From an uncultured Candidatus Cloacimonadota bacterium (GTDB lineage: Bacteria > Cloacimonadota > Cloacimonadia > JGIOTU-2), in NCBI GenBank assembly GCA_964398885.1, contig CAYNOU010000003.1, positions 997 to 61,090 of the forward strand: a stretch of DNA of 60,094 bases. The letters are read 5' to 3'. The translations under genes and the position numbers were made by a program. This document shows, piece after piece, positions 30,971 to 39,856 of the stretch. The notes under the pieces are model-generated. The model made no database searches, had not been told where the DNA came from, and saw nothing but the letters and a program-made list of their open reading frames with translations. Numbering within the stretch: position 1 is the stretch's first letter; every line of letters starts with the position of its first letter.

Positions 30971-32806
30971 ATGATGAAAAGGAAAATATTATTCCTGTTT
31001 ATTATAATCATATTAATAGGCGCAAAATTCTCTTTTGCGGATATGAATATTGCTATTCAAGATACAGTTCTACCACCACCAAATGATTTTAATGCATCCG
31101 GAGAAAATGGTTGTGTTAATCTTAGTTGGGATGAACCATCTCAAGGAAATTATAACCTTATTGGATATTATCTATATCGGAGCGATCCTGGGAGATATGT
31201 ATATTTAGATAATACTCAAAATACATATTGTGATTATATGGTTTATACAGGAATTGAATATACATACTGGGCAACAGCAGTATATTCAGAAGGAGAATCA
31301 GTAAATTCTAATGTAGATACTGCTACATCATATATTCCTAGTTGTTTTTATGAAACATTTTATGAAGATTGGCATTTAACTGGGTGGAGAGCAGTTCCAT
31401 CAAGTCCGAATAATTGGGAATGGGATTCTGATTGTGAAGCAGCAAAATTAAACTGGTCACCATCAGTTACCAATTATGATATGTCACTCATTTCTCCAGA
31501 AATATGGATACCCTATGGAGCAACTTTCATTAGTTTAAATGTAAATATGTATATACATGATTATGCTACAGATTTTGGAGAAGTGATGGAAATATGGATT
31601 ATTAATGGGGGACAAGAAACTTTGATATTTGAATGGGATTTGGACTATAATGGTGATTGGGGTTCACCAGGTGGAACTATTTGGGAATATTGCGATATGT
31701 CTCAATATGAAGGTGAGACAATACAAATTAAATTCCGTTCACATGGAGGTGATACATATAATTTTAATTATTGGTATATTTATGATGTAACTGTTGGCTA
31801 TGCTTGGGTACCATCTTACTACGCTACATTGGTAGTAACAGCAACTGATAGTTCTGGTAATCCCGTAGAAGGTGTTACTGTTAATGCTGTAAGTACTCAA
31901 TGGGATTTGTATTATAATGCTTATACAAATGAAAATGGAGAATTCACAATTTTCCCAATGATACCTGGTGATTACTGGTTTACTTATTATATTAGTTATT
32001 TTTGTCCAATAGTAGAAGTGGTTAATATTCCATCATCCAGTACTTTAAATTTCGAGATGTCTTCTTTGTCTACAATGTCAATATCACCTACCTGTATAGA
32101 CACAATTATGGCTCCTGATGATAGTATTGTAGTATATCTAACAATACAAAATTACAGAGATGTACCTATACATTGGTTTGCGGATATTGTAAATTCTGAT
32201 TTGAATAATGCGAATAATACGGTTTTTATAAATACTTCAAACTCAAAAGATATAGAAATGAATTTGAAAAGAAAGGCAAGTAGTTCTTTCTATTCTAATG
32301 ATAGTTTATTTTGTCTTTCTACAACTACAACACATGGAATTATAGCACCGGGACAAAGTTTTGATTGGCGCCTACTGTTAGACACTACAGGACAAACACC
32401 TGGAACAGTATTAGAATTTGATGTTGTGTTTACATCTGATCCAAATGTTGGAACCATCATTGTCCCAGTTACAGTCACAATAATTGAAGAAGGGATTGAT
32501 GATATACCTGATATATCTACCAAATTAAACCAGAACTATCCCAACCCCTTTAGCACTTTCACCACAATTTCTTTTAATTTAACCGTCCCGATGATAATCG
32601 GGAAACAAACGCGAATAAATATTTATAACATTAAAGGTCAGCTTGTTAGATATTTCGCAATCCGCAATCCGCAATCCGAACTTACAAAGGTTGTCTGGGA
32701 TGGCAAAGATGAAAATGGTGATACAGTAAGTTCAGGCCTATATTTTTATCAATTAAAAATTGATAATAAAATAATAGATACAAAGAAATGCTTGATTTTG
32801 AGATAA
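30971..32806 (+). CDS. Paralogue 3 of the FN3/adhesin-like CTD protein
   Basis: Near-identical signal peptide and shared blocks (AAKLNWSPSV.NYDMSLISP) with the 21899 gene. Confidence 0.8.
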   Translation: MMKRKILFLFIIIILIGAKFSFADMNIAIQDTVLPPPNDFNASGENGCVNLSWDEPSQGNYNLIGYYLYRSDPGRYVYLDNTQNTYCDYMVYTGIEYTYWATAVYSEGESVNSNVDTATSYIPSCFYETFYEDWHLTGWRAVPSSPNNWEWDSDCEAAKLNWSPSVTNYDMSLISPEIWIPYGATFISLNVNMYIHDYATDFGEVMEIWIINGGQETLIFEWDLDYNGDWGSPGGTIWEYCDMSQYEGETIQIKFRSHGGDTYNFNYWYIYDVTVGYAWVPSYYATLVVTATDSSGNPVEGVTVNAVSTQWDLYYNAYTNENGEFTIFPMIPGDYWFTYYISYFCPIVEVVNIPSSSTLNFEMSSLSTMSISPTCIDTIMAPDDSIVVYLTIQNYRDVPIHWFADIVNSDLNNANNTVFINTSNSKDIEMNLKRKASSSFYSNDSLFCLSTTTTHGIIAPGQSFDWRLLLDTTGQTPGTVLEFDVVFTSDPNVGTIIVPVTVTIIEEGIDDIPDISTKLNQNYPNPFSTFTTISFNLTVPMIIGKQTRINIYNIKGQLVRYFAIRNPQSELTKVVWDGKDENGDTVSSGLYFYQLKIDNKIIDTKKCLILR

Positions 32807-32864
32807 AATAATAACTCAAAACTCAAAAATATAAAATATTTTAACAACAAACAATTTTCCCAAA

Positions 32865-34025
32865 ATGGAACGAATAATTTTACACATTGATATGGACGCC
32901 TTCTTTGCTGCGATTGAGCAAAGAGATAATCCAGAATTGAAAGGAAAACCTGTAATCGTTGGTGGTGGAGCAGAAAATAAAGGGGTTGTGAGCACTGCAT
33001 CTTATGAAGCAAGAAAATTTGGTGTCCATTCTGCAATGCCAATTTACCAGGCAAAACAACTTTGCCCTGCTGGAATATTCATAAAAGGAAATTATCATAA
33101 ATATGCGTTTGAATCAGTTAAAATTATAAATATTTGCCATACAATTGCACCTATTGTTGAGCCAGTAAGTGTTGATGAGGCTTTTCTAGATGTTAGTGGC
33201 GGTATTCCTTTTTTTAAATCTAAAAAACAAATTGCTGAAACATTACAGAATAAAATTTTACAGCAATTACATCTAACTTGTTCCATTGGAATTGCACCAA
33301 ATAAATTGTTAGCAAAGATTGCTAGTGAAATGAATAAACCTTCAGGAATAAAAATTATTGAAAATGATGAAGTTAAGCAACTATTAGATAATCTGCCAAT
33401 AGAAAAAATGTTTGGAATTGGTAAAAAGACTGCAATCATCTTAAAAAATTTTGGTGTATACTCTGCTGGAGATTTAGGAAGATTTCCAGAATCAATTCTC
33501 ATAAAAAAATTTGCTAAGGTTGGTAAACAATTGTCTCTTATGGGAAAAGGAATTGATAGTTCACCAGTTGTGCCTGTTTCTAAAATACCTAAACCAAAAT
33601 CAATTGGGAATGAAATAACTTTATCAAAAAATATTGGGAATAAGGAAAAATTACGCGGAGTTCTTTTACAACTTACACACAAAACTGCTTACCGTCTGCG
33701 AAGGAAACATGCATCTGCTCATACAATTACACTAAAAGTTAAATATGATAATTTTTCAGTAAATACTTTTAACCATACAGTTGAACAAGCAGTAAATTAT
33801 GATTCCGAAATCTACAAGATAGTTATTAACCTGTTTGATAAAATTAATCTTGGCTTTCACAAAATAAGACTCTTTGGTATCAGATTATCAAATATGGAAT
33901 TCGCCGATGACCCGATACAATTAGAAATTTTTTCAGTTTATAAGAAAAAGTTTGCTAATATTTCCTGGGCTGTAGATAAGTTGAAAAAAAAATATGGTGA
34001 GGAGATTATAAATATTGGAGAGTAG
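32865..34025 (+). CDS. dinB: DNA polymerase IV
   Basis: HIDMDAFFA, SYEARKFGV, SVDEAFLD and KIASEMNKP motifs. Confidence 0.95.
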   Translation: MERIILHIDMDAFFAAIEQRDNPELKGKPVIVGGGAENKGVVSTASYEARKFGVHSAMPIYQAKQLCPAGIFIKGNYHKYAFESVKIINICHTIAPIVEPVSVDEAFLDVSGGIPFFKSKKQIAETLQNKILQQLHLTCSIGIAPNKLLAKIASEMNKPSGIKIIENDEVKQLLDNLPIEKMFGIGKKTAIILKNFGVYSAGDLGRFPESILIKKFAKVGKQLSLMGKGIDSSPVVPVSKIPKPKSIGNEITLSKNIGNKEKLRGVLLQLTHKTAYRLRRKHASAHTITLKVKYDNFSVNTFNHTVEQAVNYDSEIYKIVINLFDKINLGFHKIRLFGIRLSNMEFADDPIQLEIFSVYKKKFANISWAVDKLKKKYGEEIINIGE

Positions 34026-34032
34026 AAAATGA

Positions 34033-34494
34033 TATTTGTTATTAGTTATTGGTTATTAAAAAATTAGGATGGGTAAGTATGAAAAAGAAGATTGTATCAT
34101 TTGAGGATTTGGATGTTTATAAATTAGCAGAGAGTCTAGGTGATATAATTTGGGAAATTGTCAGTAAGTGGGATAGTTTTACAAAAAATACTATAGGTTA
34201 TCAGATAGTTGAATCAGCAGATAGTATTGGTGCAAACATTGCTGAAGGTTTTGGAAGATTCTCTTTTAAAGAACGGAAACATTTTGCAATAATTGCTAGA
34301 GGTTCTCTATATGAAACTTCACATTGGCTTCGTAGAGCATATAAGCGAAGAGTATTAAAAAAGGATGAGATAAAAAAACTGAAAGAAATTATGGATGAGT
34401 TGAGACCAAGATTAAATGCTTATATAAAATCTATTGGAAAACAAAAAGCAACTCACATTACTAATTCCAAATAACAAATCACTAATAACAAATA
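34033..34494. repeat. 25-bp inverted repeats bracketing the four-helix-bundle gene
   Basis: 34033-34057 TATTTGTTATTAGTTATTGGTTATT is the reverse complement of 34470-34494 AATAACAAATCACTAATAACAAATA with 2 mismatches. Confidence 0.8.
34079..34474 (+). CDS. Four-helix-bundle protein (23S rRNA IVP/Avd-like family)
   Basis: FEDLDVYK, SIGANIAEGFGR and IARGSLYET motifs. Confidence 0.9.
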   Translation: MKKKIVSFEDLDVYKLAESLGDIIWEIVSKWDSFTKNTIGYQIVESADSIGANIAEGFGRFSFKERKHFAIIARGSLYETSHWLRRAYKRRVLKKDEIKKLKEIMDELRPRLNAYIKSIGKQKATHITNSK

Positions 34495-34500
34495 AGTTTT

Positions 34501-35517
34501 ATGTTTATTGACTACGCAAGGATTAAAGTAAACGGAGGGAAAGGCGGCAATGGCTGCTTGAGTTTCCGTCATGAAAAATATGTTCCATTTGGTGGACCTG
34601 ACGGTGGAGACGGTGGCAAAGGTGGAGATGTAATTCTAATTGGAGATAAGAATCTTAATACGCTTTTGAACTTTAAATATAATAAGCATTTCTCTGGCGG
34701 AAAAGCACAACATGGTCAAGGTTCTAATAAAACAGGTTATTCAGGTAAGGATAAAATATTAAGAGTGCCTTTGGGAACGGAAGTATTTGAGCTTAATGAA
34801 AATGGTAAACGAATTAGAAAATTAGTAGATATATCTTATGAAGGTAAAAAGATAATTTTAGCTAAAGGTGGAAAAGGAGGAAAAGGAAATGCAGCTTTTG
34901 CAACTCCAACAAATCAGGCTCCACGAAAATTTGAATCAGGGAAATTGGGTGAAGAAAAATATCTGGAATTAGTGCTTAAATTAATGGCAGATGTGGGCAT
35001 TGTCGGATTCCCCAATGCTGGCAAATCTACATTAATTAGTCATATTTCATCTGCTCATCCTAAAATAGCTGATTATGAGTTCACCACGCTTGAACCCTGC
35101 CTTGGGGTCGTGAAATTAAGTTCTTATCAGACATTTATTATAGCTGATATCCCCGGTATCATAGAAGGTGCTCATCAAGGAAAAGGGTTAGGTGACCAGT
35201 TCCTCCGTCATATTGAACGAACAAAAATTTTGCTGTTCTTAATAGATGTTACTTCAAAAAATATATTAAAAAAATTTGAAATTTTAAAAAATGAACTACA
35301 TCTTTATAATCAAAATCTTGATGAAAGAAAATTTTTGGTAGTATTGAATAAAGTTGACCTTTTATCCAATGATACGAAAAAAGAAAGAATAGATAACATA
35401 AGAAAGAATTTTTCAAAAGATATAAGAAAAAATATTATAGCCATTTCAGCTGTTACAGGTGAAAATATCTCAGCATTAAAAAATATAGTATATCAAATTC
35501 TGCAAGAAAGAGATTAG
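34501..35517 (+). CDS. obgE: GTPase ObgE/CgtA
   Basis: GGPDGGDGG, GFPNAGKST, DIPG and NKVD motifs. Confidence 0.97.
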   Translation: MFIDYARIKVNGGKGGNGCLSFRHEKYVPFGGPDGGDGGKGGDVILIGDKNLNTLLNFKYNKHFSGGKAQHGQGSNKTGYSGKDKILRVPLGTEVFELNENGKRIRKLVDISYEGKKIILAKGGKGGKGNAAFATPTNQAPRKFESGKLGEEKYLELVLKLMADVGIVGFPNAGKSTLISHISSAHPKIADYEFTTLEPCLGVVKLSSYQTFIIADIPGIIEGAHQGKGLGDQFLRHIERTKILLFLIDVTSKNILKKFEILKNELHLYNQNLDERKFLVVLNKVDLLSNDTKKERIDNIRKNFSKDIRKNIIAISAVTGENISALKNIVYQILQERD

Positions 35518-36606
35518 ATGGATAAAAAAGAATATCGTGATTGGTTAAAATTAGTTTCTATTAAAGGCTTAGGGCAGGGGAAAATTCGCAGACTTTTGAA
35601 GGTCTTTCATTCCCCACAAAAAATTTTTGAAGCCAACAAACATCAATTATCTGATTTAACTTTTCTTTCTGAAAATGCAGTTAATGAAATTTCAAAAAAT
35701 GAGAATGAGGAATTTATTGAGAATCAATTAAGATTGTTAGAAAAATACAATGTCAGGCTTATATCTATCACTGATGAAGAATATCCTGATTTGTTGAAAT
35801 TTATTTATACACCTCCAATTCTTCTGTATATCAAAGGCAAGATTTTACCGCGAGATAGCAGAGCTATTGCAATAGTGGGAACGCGCAAACCAACGAATTA
35901 CGGCAGAATTTCTGCCAGAAAAATCGGGGTAGAAATAGCAAAGACAGGATTTACTATTGTAAGCGGATTGGCTTATGGTATTGACGGTTGTGCTCATAAA
36001 GCAGCTCTTGATGCTGGTGGTAGAACTATTGCGGTTTGTGGGACTGGTTTAGATATTGTTTATCCAGCTGTGCATAGAGCCCTTGCAAAGGATATTATTC
36101 AATCCGGTGCTTTGATTTCAGAATTTCCCTTAGGAACCAAAATTGAAGCATGGAATTTTCCAACAAGAAATAGAATAATTAGTGGTATGTGTAAAGGTGC
36201 TCTGGTGATTGAAGGTAAAAAAACAAGTGGTGCTTTACTTACTGCAAAAATGGCATTAGAACAAAATCGTGATGTCTTTGCTTTACCTGGAAATATTAAC
36301 TCTCCTCAAAGTGAGGGTCCAAACTATTTGATAAAATTAGGTGCAAAAATTGTTACAGATGCTAAAGATATTTTAGAAGAATATCATATTAAGATGCAAG
36401 TTAAATCTGAAAAAATTACTCCAAAGATGACGAAAGAGGAGGGAGAAATTTATAAATTATTACAAAAAAATGATAGAAATCTTGGATTAGATGAGATGGT
36501 TGAACAGTCTGATTTTTCTCCTGCACAGTTATCTGCAATGCTACTGAATATGGAACTTAAAGGAATTATTAAAAGAGGTGCACAAAATAGATACTGGCTT
36601 ATGTAA
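35518..36606 (+). CDS. dprA: DNA-processing protein DprA
   Basis: AIVGTR, VSGLAYGID, FPTRNRIISG and SGALLTA motifs. Confidence 0.95.
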   Translation: MDKKEYRDWLKLVSIKGLGQGKIRRLLKVFHSPQKIFEANKHQLSDLTFLSENAVNEISKNENEEFIENQLRLLEKYNVRLISITDEEYPDLLKFIYTPPILLYIKGKILPRDSRAIAIVGTRKPTNYGRISARKIGVEIAKTGFTIVSGLAYGIDGCAHKAALDAGGRTIAVCGTGLDIVYPAVHRALAKDIIQSGALISEFPLGTKIEAWNFPTRNRIISGMCKGALVIEGKKTSGALLTAKMALEQNRDVFALPGNINSPQSEGPNYLIKLGAKIVTDAKDILEEYHIKMQVKSEKITPKMTKEEGEIYKLLQKNDRNLGLDEMVEQSDFSPAQLSAMLLNMELKGIIKRGAQNRYWLM

Positions 36607-36639
36607 GGCATTCGTAAATTTTCATATGAAAATACTTTC

Positions 36640-36789
36640 GCCACAAAGGCACAAAGACACAAAAAATATAAACTCTCATTCCCAAGCCCTCCCCAATTGA
36701 ATTGGGGATTGGGAATGCTTAATGCCATTTTCGTTCTCCTTTGCGTCCTGGCACCTCCCACGCTTCCGCTTGAATAATCGGGGACGGCT
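36640..36789. repeat. GCCACAAAG-type element containing a nested TTCCCAA REP and a TCCCCAATT palindrome
   Basis: Left arm GCCACAAAGGCACAAAGACACAAA, nested copy at 36675-36717, degenerate right arm CTTTGCGTCCTGGCACCT...GGCT. Confidence 0.65.
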
Positions 36790-36813
36790 TGAGTATTTCA
36801 TTCTATCTTAAAC

Positions 36814-36849
36814 AAAGAAGGCGACATCTCAAATCTCGCCTTCTTTTTT
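36814..36849. terminator. Probable bidirectional intrinsic terminator between dprA and groES
   Basis: AAAGAAGGCGA...TCGCCTTCTTT followed by a T run. Confidence 0.7.
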
Positions 36850-36874
36850 GGGAGTAAATATTATGTAATAGAAA

Positions 36875-37144
36875 TTACTTTATAATTCCCAAGAGGTCAG
36901 ACTTCTGAACAATAAGATATTTTGTTCCCTCAAGTTCAATTTCGGTTCCACCATATTTAGCATAAATAACCTTGTCACCTTCTTTGACAATTTTTTTAAG
37001 GTCTTCATCATTACCAACGGCAATAACCTTTCCAATCTGCGGTTTCTCTTTTGCAGTATCTGGAATGATGATATTTCCAACCTTTTTCTCTTCATTTTCT
37101 ATTGATTGAAGAAGAACCCTGTCATCAATAGGTTTAATTTTCAT
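36875..37144 (-). CDS. groES: Co-chaperonin GroES
   Basis: IKPIDDRV, IIIPDTAKEKPQ.GKVIAVG and YGGTE motifs. AGGAGG RBS. Confidence 0.96.
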   Translation of the reverse strand: MKIKPIDDRVLLQSIENEEKKVGNIIIPDTAKEKPQIGKVIAVGNDEDLKKIVKEGDKVIYAKYGGTEIELEGTKYLIVQKSDLLGIIK

Positions 37145-37240
37145 TTCATCCTCCTGTTGATTTTTTATAAAATATGATTTAAACTACTATTGAAATTTAT
37201 AGAAAATTTAAGTCTTGTATTGTTAATCGTCAAGAAATAT

Positions 37241-38167
37241 TTAATTTTTCTTAATTTTTTCTTGCTCTATTGTGGAGTTAATATAATTTATGAATTCTTT
37301 AGCATCCTTTCCTAAAGGACTTTCCGGGAAATTATTAAGAATCCTTTGCAATGTATTTTTTGCTCCGATGGACTCTTTTAGTCTGTAAAGGCATAATGCA
37401 TGATTGAAGAGAATCATATCCAGGTCCGGATAATCTGGATATTCAGTCTCAATTTGAGTTAATCTTTCTAATGCTTCAGTAAATTGATAGCGTTTATAAT
37501 ATAACATTGCAATTTTTGCTTGAATTTCTGGAATTTTCATAATTAATGTGTCTATAGGGCTGGCTTTCTCAATCCTTTTTAAAATAGAATTATATGTTTC
37601 TTCTGCTTTGTCATAGTTCCCTCGCCTTTTATAGACCTCTGCAAGTTGTTTATGAATGTCAATGCTATCAGGATGTAATTCAGCATTTTTAAGTAAGTTT
37701 GAAAAATAATTCTTATTATTTAGAATAAAGTTTGCTTTTCTAATGAATTGTTCCGCAGGGAGATAACCAATAATTCTATCAATTTCACCTGTCCCCGCGG
37801 TCCCCGATCCAACCCCCGATTTAATTGGGGGGGAGGGGACAGGATTAACAAAAATGGTGGTCGGAAAGCCAGATATATTGTAAGAATTGGTTATACTTTT
37901 GTTTTCGGGAAGACTTGAATTTATTTTTGTTGGAATTACATTATCATTTAAAAAGTTTATCACATTTGAATCTTGATAAGTTGTTTCTTCCAATTTTTTA
38001 CACCATCCGCACCTGTCTGAAGAGAAGTCTATCATAATTACTTTGTTTTCATTTTTTGCTTTCTCTATTGCCGCAGGAAATGAATCTGTCCATTGTAAAG
38101 AGTCCTGGGCTGAAAGTATAGTTGATAATAAGAATAGTATAACAATTATGAAAAGTATTTTTTGCAT
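37241..38167 (-). CDS. Exported thioredoxin-fold (CGWC) plus TPR protein
   Basis: Signal peptide, CGWC, GFPT cis-Pro loop, C-terminal TPRs. Confidence 0.85.
   Translation of the reverse strand: MQKILFIIVILFLLSTILSAQDSLQWTDSFPAAIEKAKNENKVIMIDFSSDRCGWCKKLEETTYQDSNVINFLNDNVIPTKINSSLPENKSITNSYNISGFPTTIFVNPVPSPPIKSGVGSGTAGTGEIDRIIGYLPAEQFIRKANFILNNKNYFSNLLKNAELHPDSIDIHKQLAEVYKRRGNYDKAEETYNSILKRIEKASPIDTLIMKIPEIQAKIAMLYYKRYQFTEALERLTQIETEYPDYPDLDMILFNHALCLYRLKESIGAKNTLQRILNNFPESPLGKDAKEFINYINSTIEQEKIKKN
37788..37843. repeat. 56-bp CCTGTCCCC...GGGGACAGG cassette inside the thioredoxin gene
   Basis: 9-bp terminal inverted repeats with nested CCCCCGATTTAATTGGGGG. Confidence 0.85.
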
Positions 38168-38235
38168 TTTATATTCCTAATTTTTTTGAATATTATTTTT
38201 GAACTTCTTATTTAATAAAAATTATTCTCTGTCAA

Positions 38236-38278
38236 TAAAAAGAGACCTTCAATCCGTTGGGTGACGGATTGAAGGTCT
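38236..38278 (-). terminator. Intrinsic terminator
   Basis: 15-bp perfect stem AGACCTTCAATCCGT/ACGGATTGAAGGTCT followed by a T run on the minus strand. Confidence 0.8.
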
Positions 38279-38298
38279 TGCTGTTGTGCCTCAAGTTT

Positions 38299-38502
38299 TC
38301 ATCTGATTATGACCATCTTTTTAACTTCACTATAATTTTTGGTTTTCAATTGATAGAAGTAAATGCCATTTCCAAGTTGCCTTCCATTCTCGTCTTTTCC
38401 ATCCCACGATATGGAGTTAAGCGACTCCCGTGAAGTCGCTTTACTCCTACGGGGTAGGCATGTCGCTTTTGCATTAATCCCTATAATATCGAGACGCTCC
38501 AA
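38299..38502 (-). pseudogene. Orphan C-terminal half of a T9SS-type CTD
   Basis: ISWDGKDENG..GIYFYQL..KKMVIIR preceded only by repeat-derived sequence. Confidence 0.7.
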
Positions 38503-38508
38503 AATTAT

Positions 38509-39585
38509 TTATGGCAAAAACTTCTCCGGGTCCATTGCCCTTCCATCTAATCTTACTTCGAAATGGACATGAGGTCCTGTTGTATTTCCTGTTAAACCAA
38601 TAGTTGCGATTTTCTCACCCTTTTTGACCTTATCACCTTTTTCTACAAAATTTTCATCATTATGAGCATAAACGGTCATAAGACTGTGGTCGTGTTTCAT
38701 AATAATGACATTGCCGTAACCTCTTTGCCAGCCTGTATATGCAACTTCACCGTCTAATACAGATTTTATCGGAGTTCCAACAGGAGCAGAGATATCCAGT
38801 CCTTTGTGAGGCTTGCCATCACGCATTCCAAATGGTGATGTGATTTTTCCATTGCAAGGCCAGATAAGGCCGTATCTCTTTAAATATTCAGACGGGATTT
38901 TGGGTCTGGTTTTAGTATATTTTTCCAAAGAACCTTTTTGTGGTTCTAATAAAAGCTTTTGACCTACAAAAATCTTATTTGAACTCAGATTATTATACTG
39001 TTTTAATTCATAAATTGAAAGATTATATTTTAACGCTATTCTATAGAGGTTCTCACCTTTTTTAACTGTATGATATTTAGGTTTTTCTGTGGGCTTTGGT
39101 TTCTTCTCTATGATTTCAGGTTTGATAATAGTTTTGCTAATAACTGTTTTGATTGGCACGGATTTCAGCCAGATTTTTTCTCCAGCTTTTATTGTATATG
39201 ATGTTAGTTGATTGAATTCCATTAATTCTACTAATGAAAGGTTATACATTTTGGAAATTCTGTACAATGTTTCACCTTTTTGAACAAGATAATAACCACA
39301 TTCAGGGATTTCTCTTTGAGTTACATAATATTGTTGTGAACTCTTTTTTTCAACAATGTATATTTTCTGTCCAACCAGGATTTTATCTGAAGTCAGATTA
39401 TTGATTCTTTTTAATGCTTCTACTGAAAGACCGTACTCTTTGCCGATAGAGTATAATGTATCTCCTTTTTTAACAATGTGGTATTTCTCGGATTTAGTAA
39501 TATATTTGGGACTTGGCGAGAAACCTGACAAGCCTAAAAGACAGAAGATAAGAACAAATTTAATAAGTGATTTTGAATGAATCAT
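38509..39585 (-). CDS. LysM (x3)-M23 peptidoglycan endopeptidase
   Basis: Three VKKG.TLY.I LysM repeats; HKGLD, YAH and HVHFE M23 motifs. Confidence 0.92.
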   Translation of the reverse strand: MIHSKSLIKFVLIFCLLGLSGFSPSPKYITKSEKYHIVKKGDTLYSIGKEYGLSVEALKRINNLTSDKILVGQKIYIVEKKSSQQYYVTQREIPECGYYLVQKGETLYRISKMYNLSLVELMEFNQLTSYTIKAGEKIWLKSVPIKTVISKTIIKPEIIEKKPKPTEKPKYHTVKKGENLYRIALKYNLSIYELKQYNNLSSNKIFVGQKLLLEPQKGSLEKYTKTRPKIPSEYLKRYGLIWPCNGKITSPFGMRDGKPHKGLDISAPVGTPIKSVLDGEVAYTGWQRGYGNVIIMKHDHSLMTVYAHNDENFVEKGDKVKKGEKIATIGLTGNTTGPHVHFEVRLDGRAMDPEKFLP

Positions 39586-39832
39586 AATCTATTGAATCAG
39601 GTATTTCTTGTAGTTCAACCTTATCAATTCTTGATGCTGGTGGTCCGATTTTTACCTGTTTTAAGAATCTTTCAACATTTTGTTCAGAGCCACTGGCAGC
39701 AATTTCAACATCGCCATTCCATAGGTTTTTTACATATCCTTTGATGTTCAACTTAAGAGCAAGTTCATAAGCAAAATAACGAAAGCAGACGCCTTGCACC
39801 CTGCCGGAAACCGTGATTTTGATTCTTTTCAT
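39560..39832 (-). CDS. acyP: Acylphosphatase
   Basis: GRVQGVCFR, GYVKN..GDVE and GPPAS motifs. Confidence 0.93.
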   Translation of the reverse strand: MKRIKITVSGRVQGVCFRYFAYELALKLNIKGYVKNLWNGDVEIAASGSEQNVERFLKQVKIGPPASRIDKVELQEIPDSIDYDSFKITY

Positions 39833-39856
39833 ATTTTAATAAGTTTTAGTAATTTT

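Noticed and set aside
14920-34494. Diversity-generating retroelement (Avd-like gene near variable surface proteins)
   Set aside because: There is no reverse transcriptase in the window, and paralogue differences are indels and general divergence rather than adenine-specific TR/VR mismatches.
35515-35520. obgE-dprA fusion (TAG directly followed by in-frame ATG)
   Set aside because: Both proteins are complete; this is ordinary tight operon packing.
36450-36761. 103-aa minus-strand ORF with an apparent AAGGAG RBS
   Set aside because: It is built from repeat DNA and the antisense strand of dprA; the apparent RBS is part of a repeat arm.
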